Shown one piece after another: positions 53,740-64,000 of a stretch of 64,000 nt of DNA (the first letter of the stretch is position 1; every line of letters starts with the position of its first letter). The stretch comes from Mobula birostris. Taxonomy: Eukaryota. Location: contig NC_092379.1 of assembly GCF_030028105.1 (NCBI RefSeq), positions 18,556,742 to 18,620,741 on the forward strand, in the 5' to 3' direction. The position numbers and the translations under genes are program-made. A model generated the notes under the pieces. The model ran no database searches. It had not been told where the DNA came from and saw nothing but the letters and a program-made list of their open reading frames with translations.

Positions 53740-54165
53740 AAGGCATTGAGGCTGAGTCAATGGACAAACCGGTATTCGGCTCACTTCTCGACGAGGCTTC
53801 ACTCGCCTCAGCACTGACCTGACTCTGCAGCTGCGGCCTGCAGCCATCGGCACTCACCTCAGCACTGAGCCTGGCTCCACGGCCGTGGCCTGCAGCCATC
53901 GGTCTCCTGGACCGGCTGCAGTGCTGAACTGGCAACGTGGCTGTGGATTTACTTCAGGGGGCTCTGCGGTTCAGGTTCTGTAGATTGTTTGTTTGGATTT
54001 TTTTTATTGTTTGCACAATTTGTTCTTTCTCTTTCACGCATTGGATGTTTGACCCTGAATTCTATTGTATTTCTTTGTTTTGTGACTGTCTGCAAGAAGA
54101 GAATCTCAAAGTTGTATATGGTGCACATACTTTGATAATAAATGTGCTTTGTACTTTCAACTTTA
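53740..54165 (+). mobile_element. Short non-coding retroelement with Rex1-like 3' tail
   Basis: Internal CTGCAGCCATCGG repeats; tail CTCAAAGTTGTATATGGTGCACATACTTTGATAATAAATGTGCTTTG. Confidence 0.6.
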
Positions 54166-54275
54166 TCAGTTCACTCACAAAACTAAACCAGGACTGCACC
54201 GTGATTCAGTGCTGACCTTGAATTCATTGCACAATGTAAACAATTTCAATAATGGGTTGAGTCCCAGGACCCTAC

Positions 54276-54593
54276 CTTGGACGTTCTTCACTTGCTTCTT
54301 GATACTGCTGTTGGAGGGAGGATGAGTCACTGTACAGCTGAAGACTGATTCTGTCTTCCACTCCTGTAAACTCACGGTCAGGAAGTGTCCGGCACTGAAA
54401 GTCCACCCCTGCTCCAGAGCGGTCGGTGTCGCGCTGGTGTTGGAGGTGATCACGGTGCTGCCTTTCTCCCAGGTGACATTTATTTGATCCGGGTAGAATC
54501 CAGAGACCACACACTCCAGTGTGGCTGTTTTCCAATTCTTTATCTCTTCCTGAGCTGGAGGCAGCAGTCTGACCTTGGGACTTCTTATCTCAA
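54276..54593 (-). CDS. IgW: IgW CH4
   Basis: ctattccag|TT GAG...CAA G|gtagg; TLECVVSGFYP, TWEK, FSCTVTHP. Confidence 0.95.
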
Positions 54594-54681
54594 CTGGAAT
54601 AGAAAAGAAAACAAAGGAAATGTCAAACATTTTGACTCAGGTAACTAATGCTGGCCATTTAATCACTGGTCTCTTGCCCAC

Positions 54682-54984
54682 CTTTGGTGCTATTGGTCCG
54701 TGCTGACACTGGGGAAGCTGAAGGAGATTCCTGAGCAGAGCACTCATACTCCACCCCACTGAACCACTCCTCCACACTGATCTGGAGTTCGCTGAGCACT
54801 CTGTATCGGGACCCGTCCCTCTCCGCTTGATGGGTGTGAATTCCTTTAGTTTTCTCCTTCCCGCCCACGTGCCAAGAGACGTGGATGTCTTCGGGATCTG
54901 TACAGATAACTGTGCACCTCACGGAAGCAGACTTGTCGATCCACATCTCTTCAATGTCGGGATTTTGAATAAATACAGACAATT
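54682..54984 (-). CDS. IgW: IgW CH3
   Basis: aacccacag|AA TTG...AAA G|gtggg; ELSVFIQNP, VRC, SWHV, YECSA. Confidence 0.95.
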
Positions 54985-56929
54985 CTGTGGGTTAGAAATG
55001 GAAATGCTCAGAATCTTACTGGAGATATTTCCATTGGTTGTGTTAGGTCCAGGGCTAAATCATGTGTCTCATAATCCTGTTAGCTTTGATTAAGAAGAGA
55101 AAATCAGAACAAAAGATGTGCTAACTAAATTTCGAATCCCTTTCTAATAACTGTACCAATCGGTTCACTGTGAGACGGAGCTCTGTGAGACAGAGAAGCA
55201 TGCAGATTTCTCAGCAGAGACACAGCTCAGTATATTCTTTGCTTGGAGACTCAGTGCCATTGATTAGTAACAATGAACACTGTGAATCAATGAGAATTCC
55301 TTTCTCCATCTGAGCTGAGCCTGGGATTCACTCAGTTTAATAACTTCACATCCCGACATTCCAGTCTCACTGTGGCTGTGCCTCTCCTCATCTCTGCAAC
55401 CTTCACCACCCACACAAGCTTCAGACAACATCGTATTCTTTCAACTCTGCTCACTCATACACCTGCACTACTTCTGCTGGTGCCTGTGGTTTTAGCATTC
55501 TTGCTGACAAACACTGAAGTCTCTGTCTCACTTGAAATGAGCAGCTGTGGTCAGAGTGTATCCATAAATTAGGGACTGATGAACTGGCAACAGGGGTTCA
55601 AATCCCAACCCGGTGGATGGAAGTTTATATTCATTTCATCAATGCTTCTTGGAATAAAAGAAGACTACAGAGGTATTTGTAGTGTTATTCTCTGTGGTAA
55701 CTTCCGGAGAGAAGCCTCGTCTGGTCTGGCTGGTTTGTGATTCCAGCAACACGGCTGGAGCTGAATCACCATCAGGAAGGAGGCAGCAAGTCCCTCAGTT
55801 CCAGAGAGATCAGTGATCGATGGGAAATGATAAATGAATAAAACAGCTCTTTGATCAAGTGTTGGGTCACCTGTACTCTGGTTAGAGTCAGTTTTGTGTG
55901 ATTGCACTCAAGTGAAGTTGTTGAGGTCGTCTCCCAATGCACGATCGTCAGTTCACTTACATTGCAGCTCTCTGCACTTTGTGTTCACCATTTACACACT
56001 CGGTCACCTTCAGGCCCGTGGGGTGTTTTTGCTCTTTGACATTTAGTGTGGAGGCGGATTGTGTTTGTGTCATGGCTGAGACCTTCAATGAGACTATGAG
56101 TCACTGTCTTTGTCTGAAGAAAGAGCAGACGCAACACACACGGTTCCAGTCTGACTGGGTCGGATCATCCGACAAGGTATGATGTGTATTTCTTAACCTT
56201 TCTCATTTCAGTAAGATTATGAGCAATTTTCTTTTAAAACAGAAAGTCCGTTGGTGTGGTCCAGATGATCATTGTTGTCGTGTAATATCATAAATATGCA
56301 AACCTAGGTGTACACTGAAGAGTCACTGAATTGTGAATCGCAGTTTAATCAGCACTGTGATGTTGTTAAACATGTTTTTTGCAGGTTTCTCAGTTATGTC
56401 CCATATCAGCACTGTCTTGATGTTCAGCAGTCACTTGGAAATGTTCCCTTTATTGCTGAATGCTGGTGTTATTCCACAAGAAGTATAGAATTCTGTCAAT
56501 GCTTGAGTAATTCTAACAAAACATTCTCCTTTCTGATATTCCTTGGGATCACTGAGTTGCCCTCTTGGACTGAATTCAGTGTCCGGCACGTGGACCAATG
56601 TAACTTTAGCAATTTGTCTGATCCAGGATTTAAACACAAAGCATAACAGATTGGACAGGAGACTGGTTAGACCCCTGTGTCTTGTCTCACCGATTTGTCT
56701 TGTGCCCAACATTATCAAAGGGTCATCCGTCCTTTGACAGAGTCAATTTAGAATTTCAGCCCCGTTCACCTTCATCACCTCATGCCTCACAGCCATTGGG
56801 TGAAAAACAGGTTCCAGTTCTTGCTGACTGGAGTTAGACAACAGGGAATCTGGCCAAAGAAACTGGAATTGGGATCTGAGTCACACTGAAGCAACAATGT
56901 ACACAAATGAATGAGTGTATGGACAACCA

Positions 56930-57565
56930 GAAACACAGGAGATTCTACAGATGCTGGAAATCTTGAACAACACACACAAAGTGCTGGAGGAACTCGGCAA
57001 GTCAGGCAGCATCTATGGATGGAAATAAACAGTCGATATTTTGGGCTGAGAGATTTCACTGGTACAGGAAAGGAAGTGGGCAGAAGCCAGAATAAGAAGG
57101 TGGGAGGAGTAGAGAGGAATACATTCTGTCAGATGAGAGGTGAGACCAGGTGAGGGGGAAAGTGTGTGGATGGGGGAGGCAGTATGAAGTAAGAAGCTGG
57201 TAGGGCATAAGTGGAAGAGATAAATGGCTGAAACAGAAGGAATCTGAGAGGACAGTGGACCATGGAGGGAAGTGCAGGAGAAGGGGAACCAAATGGAAAT
57301 GATGGGAAGGTGAGGAGAAACGAAGGGATGAGGGTGTATCTAGTATGAGGAATAGAATAAAAGGGAGAATAAAGGAGTGGGGGATCATTACTGGAAGTTA
57401 AAAAATAAGTATTCATGGAATCAGTTTGGCAGGTACCTGGATGGAATATGAGGTGTTGCTACTCCAACCTGACTTTGGCCTCACCATGGCAGTAGAGGAG
57501 CCCATGGACAGACATGACAGAATGGGAATGGAAAGTCAAATTGAAATAGGTGGCCACGAGGATAA
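56930..57565 (-). mobile_element. Penelope-like element 3' fragment (GIY-YIG C-terminus and terminal repeat)
   Basis: Minus strand HLFQF...MSVHGLLYCHGEAKVRLE.QHLIF-like sequence; terminal ACAAAGTGCTGGAGGAACTCGGCAAGTCAGGCAGCATCTATGG motif. Confidence 0.75.
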
Positions 57566-57604
57566 TAGAAATGTGATTGGAGAGGTAGTCAGTTTCAATC
57601 GTGT

Positions 57605-57610
57605 TTTATT
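57605..57610 (-). terminator. PolyA signal of the short secreted IgW
   Basis: AATAAA about 100 nt downstream of the short-tail stop. Confidence 0.7.
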
Positions 57611-57712
57611 CTCTCTCTGTTAAACTTCAATCCCAATGGATACCAGAGGCAGGTCTAGAATCCAGTAAGTGGATAGCAATAAAATTCATTGATGAATTGT
57701 ATACACAGCCAA

Positions 57713-57843
57713 TCACTTTATTTCACACTTTCCTGCTGAACAATGATACTGTTGGGTAGAACCATCGGAGAATGTTGCATTGAGATTACTCTGGTAAAAG
57801 AACTTTGGCACAGGCTCCGAAAAACAGCTGGGACATTTTCCAC
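57713..57843 (-). CDS. IgW: IgW short-form Cys-rich secretory tail exon
   Basis: cttccatttccag|GT GGA AAA TGT...AAG TGA; GGKCPSCFSEPVPKFFYQSNLNATFSDGSTQQYHCSAGKCEIK*; in frame with CH2 (YQE-G); matches the known short IgW tail as recalled; absent from the ORF track. Confidence 0.95.
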
Positions 57844-58526
57844 CTGGAAATGGAAGATTCATAGATTTAAGTGTTAGATATTTTTACCTTTTTTCCCATG
57901 CTTGGAAAAAAGGGAGCCCCACATATTCCCACTCTGTATCCTTTGTATGTCACATCCTATCAGGATGAGGTTTTGTCAGCCATGATAAATGAATGTGCTC
58001 TCTGAACCTGGTCAAGGATCTGAGGACACAAGGTCACAACATTCACTTGAGGATTGGGCATCAATTCAAAATTAATCCCGCCACCTACATTTCAGTGAGT
58101 GGACAATCGACAGAAGAGTCTCTCAGGAAACACTGGAAATAGACTCTGGAGACTGAAACAAATGCAAAATTGCAGAGATATTTTTTTGAGGAACTAACAC
58201 TGAGAAGACAGTGAAAAGGGAACAGGGAGATTTTCTCTAGAAGGTAAAACATGGGACGTGAGCTTTGCTCACTAAATTATTTTCATTATAACTACAAACA
58301 TAGACAACTAAAATTATTGAGACGGAATGGACAGGTGACCTGATCTTACACCTTTCCTGCCCAGTAGATGGGGTTAAAGCTGCTGGTGATATGAGTTGAT
58401 TCAAAGTGCAAGACTCATCTGTACATCACTCAACAAGATCGACAGTAGGGACAGGAATTGGGTGGGAGTATCAGTTAAGTAGTTTAGTATTGTAAGATAA
58501 TTAATTTTTCTTCAGACATCACTCAC

Positions 58527-58898
58527 CCTCTTGATACGTCATGTTGACCTGACCACTGAAACTGGAAGGTGCGTGATTCACTTCACAAATATATTTCTGT
58601 TTCTTGGTCCATTCCTGCACAGGCACTGTCAGGTAAGCGATTGTTTCAAATCCACCATCAGATCTCGGAGTGGAAGGGAGAATGATGCCTTTTTGGGCAG
58701 ATCCAGCTTTTTTCCAGGATACTTTAACGTTGTCAGGAGCGAATCCAGATATCACACAGCCCAGGACAACATTTGCTTGCCCGTGGATTGCCTCCCGGGA
58801 TGGAACAAGGGAGCTGAGCTTCGGAGCTGTAACAGGGGAGTTGCGCTTCGGAGTTGTAACAGGGGGGCTGAGCGTCGGAGCTGTAACACATTTAATAT
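58527..58898 (-). CDS. IgW: IgW CH2 with N-terminal 18-aa repeat insertion
   Basis: ctgacag|AT ATT AAA TGT...GAG G|gtgagt; DIKCVTAP...VVLGCVISGFAP, VSWKKAG, YICEVNHAP, NMTYQE. Confidence 0.93.
58804..58888. repeat. 27-bp coding tandem repeat, 3 copies
   Basis: Units at 58804-58830, 58831-58857 and 58858-58884 (aacagggg.g.tg.gc.tcggag.tgt). Confidence 0.95.
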
Positions 58899-59761
58899 CT
58901 GTCAGTACATGATTGCTTTGCCCATGTTTTTGACTTCATTCTCCCTCATCCCAGGCAAGTTCCCCAATTCCAGCCCTCTCAAGAATGTTGTTAATTTACA
59001 GCTGATCTGATGATCTGATGGCTCACACCAGTGAGTGGGAGGGCTGGGTGTATAACTTGGGCCTCCCAGCAGTGTGTCCCACTGTGCTATGATAATGCGG
59101 AGAGGTGGGTCATGGGGTTGAGGTGCAGACCTGCCATATCTAATTGTTTACTGGAGAATGACTGATACCAGCTCCTGTGAGCAGGAGTACATGGTGTGGG
59201 ACTGTTTCCACTGGCAAGTTTGGGAAACACAATTTTACTTTCAATGAGAAAGAAGAACAGATGGACAGGAGGAAATTTTTTTTTTTGTTACTGCAAAGGC
59301 TTGTTCAGATCTGTGAGAAGCTGGTTAAAGAAGGGCAGTGGAGTGGATTCCCCCATCACATTCACAAGGGATTGCTTTTACCAGAAGAAGGGCAGCTGCA
59401 GGGTGGAGGGGGAAAGTGCGGAGGAGTGGGGTAAAGTTTAAATTGTTGTTCTGTGTGCAGGGGCATGATGGGCCAGCGGTCTCTGTATGTGTACAGGAGC
59501 TGATCTGTAGGGAGGGTTTAGTGGGAGTGGGTGGTGGAGAGGCTCCTGAAATTAGACAATGGAGCGGATACAATGGAGGCAGATCCTGATACTGAGTTTC
59601 ACTGCCCATATTGACTGTTATACATTTTCTCACTGCTGTTGTAAGAGCAGAAGAAAGGAGTTAGTTGCCATGCTCCTGCATTATCTGACAAAGCTTCCTA
59701 CTCCAGATTTATGCTCTGACATCAGTGCAGCTTTCGATATAAATTAGTTCTGATACTAACA

Positions 59762-60180
59762 TTGAGGTTGAGGTTTCTGCCACTGCGATGTCACACTCCC
59801 TGCCTTGCAGGAGTAGACTTTATTCTTCTTCTAGTCCGCCGCAGAGACTTCAAGCAAGCTGCTCATTATGTACTTAGAATTTTGCCCCAACACCGCCGGG
59901 TATTTCTTATTTTTTTTTTAGCATGTCATACCAGACGTTCAGCCATTCTTGTCTGGCACGTGGTGTCAGGATTAACCGGGTCATGTTATGAACGTTCCTG
60001 ACTTGACCCTTATATATTTCTTACGAGGCCAAGTGGCTATCTCGACACTCAACCGGGCACGGATGGACAGTGTGCTCGGGAGTGGGGAAAGCGTGCTAGG
60101 GAGTGGCCTAACCAGGATTTGAACTCGGGAACATTCGCTCCAGAATCTGGTGCTGATCTCACTGCGCCACCAGCCGGCCT
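59762..60180 (-). mobile_element. tRNA-derived SINE
   Basis: Minus strand begins GGCCGGCTGGTGGCGCAGTG (A box) followed by GAGTTCAAATCC (B box); ends in (AACCTC)n. Confidence 0.8.
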
Positions 60181-60904
60181 GGAATTTCTTAATTCCAGTG
60201 GTGATGTCCCCACTGTTAGTGGACCATGTCTGACTGATGCTCTCAGGCTGATAGTCCTTGACCAGACAGAGGAGGCTGATGCCTTGGTCAGATTCTGTGT
60301 TGCAGGAAGGAGTGATGTAGACTGATGGTGCAGACTTGACCTCTGAAATGGAAAGAAATTCACAGGCGGTTCTCTGAATAAATGCATTACTGGCAGAGAA
60401 AGGAGACGTTTTATAAAGCAGTAATTTTCAAAATTATTCACCTCATGAAACAAAGCTGATATCACTTTAACACTCAGCTGTGAGTCTGTGTCGCTGAGGT
60501 AGGAGGGTGTGGATCAATCCCACAGTGGCAACTTGGACTCACAATCCAGGCCAACACTTCAGTGCAGGACTGAGGCAGTGACCCAATGTCCGATTGGTGG
60601 AATTTCAGCCAAAATACCAAAGTGACAATCTGTCTCTCCTCCAAATACAATTCCTGATTCTGAGAAGTCTGTTAGCACTTGATCAATGAAGTTTACAAAA
60701 AAAGTAAGATTTAGAAGTATCTTATGGAATAATTCTGATGTGTTCAGTGTTGCTGTTGATGAGAGGAGTGATTGGTGTGGATATAGTGGTACCCAGTCTC
60801 CAGCACCATGTGTGCAGTATAGTGGAGGTTGGGAAATGGACTCTGCTTCTGAAATTCAACTCAACAGACTACATGATGCAGCTGACACTGCCTCACATAT
60901 TTAC

Positions 60905-61126
60905 CGTGTGTGACTGAGCAAGAATTCCAACCCCACTGAGTCTGTGGAAACTACTGGCTAACTGGGAGGGAATGGTAACTTGCATCAGAAAGGACAGAGG
61001 AACTGTGGAAATACATTAGCCCAGACTCTGTGGAGAAGTGTCGGCCAACACAACCGACAGTGACGATGAGATTCCTGGGGAGATGGAGAATTCTCAAAGT
61101 GTTGTTAGATGTAGGTGATATTCTCA
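60905..61126 (-). pseudogene. Degenerate Ig C1-set (CH1-like) pseudo-exon, tentative
   Basis: Phase-1 acceptor, then VTVGCVGRHFSTES and CSVTH in one frame, separated by an in-frame TAG (60951-60953); C-strand Trp absent; Cys spacing only about 44. Confidence 0.4.
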
Positions 61127-63494
61127 CTGAACGACCAGCCCAGAGAGGAAATGCAGGTTGTAGCAATTCCCAACCACTTAAGGTGTGAAATACACTTGAA
61201 AGCACTGTTTCTTAATTCATTTCACAGGAAAAGGAGACGTGTTGACTTACTAAGGTAGGTAAAGGTGCGAAGATCAATTAGCTAATTGACCAATTGACAG
61301 CTTTGACAGGTGGATATGTGGTTTGACCAGTTGTCAGAATTACCTTGAACAGTGTTGTGGACGGGGTTTGTTCTGACCCACTGACGTGACATCATTCACC
61401 TCATGATTGACACTGTCAATGACAGATTGTTGCTGGTGGATGAGGTTAAAATCACCCAAAAAGACTGTGTGGACACAGCAGGAGCTCTGGGAGTAGGAGA
61501 CTAGCGGGAGGGTATGTGTTAGACAGTGTGAATTGCAGTAGATGAGGGCTTTGTTGCCCAACAGTAAGATGGTCAACAGACACACACAGGCTTCAGATTG
61601 ATTCTGCTATTGGAAGGGCAGCAAATTCAACATTTGGAGTGGAAGTGCAGTGGTGGGAAGGTCACAATTTCATTCAGGGGCAAAATAATGAAATATTCAC
61701 TTCACAGTCATCACTCTGGGACAAAAGGCATAAAATATTGAAACCTGGGTTTCAAATAGAATGAATATAAATCAATAACTATCTCAAGTAGATAGGAATC
61801 GATATAATGTAACTGGTCAGTAATGACAGCTGCATTGTTTTGAACCATTTCAAGGTGACACTGGGGACTGTGAACTCAGAATATTTGCCTTCCTGAGTAA
61901 ACACAGGTGATTCAGGTTGACAGGACAGGCAGAGCAGAGAAATGGTCCCTTTCTCATTCCTTTCAGACTGGGCCTGAAACAACCAGTGAAATGCTGACGT
62001 CAGACTCCCCATCGGGGACACAACTTCTGTCAAACAGTGGGACAAGCTGACCTGTGCTGTGATTGAAGTGTCACAGGAGAGAAAGCACAGGGCACGGTGC
62101 CAGCCGGACCATGTCCACACAGACCGGGCTGAATGGTGCTGGTTCAAACCTACTGGGACTCTCCCCACACTCCTAACACTGGGAAAGGTGGGACCTCACT
62201 GGGTTTCTGGATGCTGGCGGCTTGTGTTGAGGTGTATCAGGGCCTCAGCATTAAATAGCCTCAGACAACACCCTGCTGGGACTCTGGGTCCAGAACACCC
62301 TGATGGGAGGGCTTTGTCTTGTGTTAATGCTGTCATGTAATTTAACAGGTTCAAAATGACTTGGAAACATTAAAGTTAATGTAAATTCCTGTGGCAACAA
62401 TTAACTTTGCATATTTTGTTTAAAATAATAAATCTGAAATGCATTAAAACATAATAATCAGACAGAAATCATTCCTGGATAAATCCCTTCCCAAGGCCCA
62501 GAATCCCCAGTCAGATGAATGGAAAATGTGATCCTTTGTCAGGTCCGGCCTGTGAGGGAAACGTGGAGGTGGATTTCCCAGTGTTACCCTGGGAATTCCA
62601 GCAGGACCTGGTGCCATGTGGTAGTGTGTGGTCACTGCTCTGGAGGCATATGTCACTCAGTAAATCCTGGGTTACAGTGGTCTGTGGAACTGTGAGATTG
62701 ACTCCAGTGTAAGTGACTGAACACTAGTTGTCTCCTTCAGACTGCCAGGCACAACCAGCACCATTTCACCCACACTATCCTCAGCTTCCCAGGTAGACAG
62801 TACCTCAGGAAAGGGCTGGTCAGCTGTAGTCTGAGGAGCCTTACTGCTCTTTATCAGTGTCAACCCCTGACAGCAGGGGAATTGCTGGACCAAAGACTAG
62901 GGACCATATGGATGGCCTATAACTAACTAGTGTTTGTCTATTCATCTACTGCATAGTCAGAATTCAGCTGAGGACTTCTCAGTGGTGGGGAGCTTTAGGA
63001 ATTGTAGGCTGAAAGTGACCATTCCCTTCCAACATCACCCAAACGGACGAGATTGTCATGTCGTAGTTCAGTTTGTGGGAACAAGATGCAGACAAGTTGG
63101 AGGTTTAGTCCCCCACATGAAGTGACACACTGCAGAAGTACTTGCTGGGTTGGAAAAGGCTCTGGGATGTTCTGGGGTTGTAGAAGTCAATGAAAAACAG
63201 ATTGTTTTCTTGAAAATAAATTCTGTAAAATAACACTGGAAACAGCGTAGTTGCCAGAAATCAGACTGACGGAGTCTGGTGAAAGGTCACTGATGTGAAA
63301 CATTCACTCTGCTTCTCACCCACAGATGGTCCCTGAGCTGCTCAGTGTCGGCAGTGCAGGAGGCACAATAATGTCAGTCGGTGAGATTTGCAGCTGAGGA
63401 TCTTTTACATCCCGGGACCAGCAGGTGGTAAGTACAGTTCTGTCTGGATCAGTGTTCCTCTGGGTCTTTGTAAAAACACCCAACGAACTGACTG

Positions 63495-63795
63495 CAGGGT
63501 GCTGGGGTGAAGAGAGGAACTGGATCTGGGTGGGTCACAGGGTGCGGGGGTGAAGAGGGGAACTGGATCTGAGTGGGTCACAGGGTGCTGGGGTGAAGAG
63601 GGGAACTGGATCTGGGTGTGTCACAGGGTGCTGGGGTGAAGAGGGGAACTGGATCTGGGTGGATCACAGGGTACTGGGGTGAAGAGGGGAACTGGATCTG
63701 GATGGGTCACAGGGTGCTGGGGTGAAGAGGAGAACTGGATCTGGGTGGATCACAGGGTGCTGGGGTGAAGAGGGGAACTGGATCTGGGTGGATCA
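63495..63795 (+). repeat. 43-bp minisatellite, 7 copies
   Basis: Unit CAGGGTGCTGGGGTGAAGAGGGGAACTGGATCTGGGTGGGTCA repeated 7 times with few substitutions. Confidence 0.97.
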
Positions 63796-64000
63796 GCTCA
63801 GAAGAAATTTGCAATGAAATAACACTTGGGAATTTGTACGAAATGATTGCCCAGAATCAGCAGATTGGGGGAGACTCAGTCTGATTTTAGTCTGTATTGT
63901 ACTAAGTGGATAGAATATCGGGTAGTATGAACGAAAGGTGGGCAGTTTTATTTATTCATCCTTTGGGATCTGGGCTTTGCCGGTAAAGTCTGAATGAATT

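Noticed and set aside
55160-60530. Several CACTGTG/CACAGTG heptamers as possible RSS
   Set aside because: None has a properly spaced nonamer, and they lie within C-region introns.
62444-62893. Minus ORFs as a V or C exon
   Set aside because: No Ig C-W-C pattern in any frame.
63090-63160. J-like segment (CAGTGTG followed by TGGGGG on the minus strand)
   Set aside because: Encodes WGTKP rather than WGxG; no nonamer at 12 or 23 spacing and no donor.
63326-63427. Apparent plus-strand exon (cacag|...|gtaagt), possible antisense transcript
   Set aside because: Stops in all frames, and the acceptor is a Penelope terminal-repeat remnant (GAAAGGTCA...CACAGATG).
63495-63795. CRISPR-like array
   Set aside because: Head-to-tail tandem units without spacers in a vertebrate genome.

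Overview
Eukaryotic, repeat-rich DNA from a cartilaginous fish; a ray/batoid is likely from the repeat families, but this is an inference. The key content is the constant region of an IgW (IgD-orthologous) heavy-chain cluster on the minus strand. In transcription order it reads: degenerate CH1-like remnant (tentative), CH2 with a 3x27-bp hinge-like insert, short Cys-rich secretory exon, CH3, CH4, CH5, CH6 with secretory tailpiece, about 10 kb of repeats, a second diverged but intact CH3'-CH4' pair, TM1, about 21 kb of transposons, and a candidate TM2 exon with polyA signal. No V, D, J or recombination signal sequence was found; they are presumably beyond position 64000. The most unusual feature is the duplicate CH3'-CH4' pair lying downstream of the terminal secretory exon and directly before TM1, which suggests constant domains dedicated to the membrane receptor. 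The rest of the window is nested transposable elements: many CR1 LINEs, Rex1/Babar LINEs, an RNase H-bearing I/Nimb-type LINE, chromoviral and Gmr1-like Gypsy elements, a Chapaev-type DNA transposon, Penelope fragments, SINEs and a 43-bp minisatellite.
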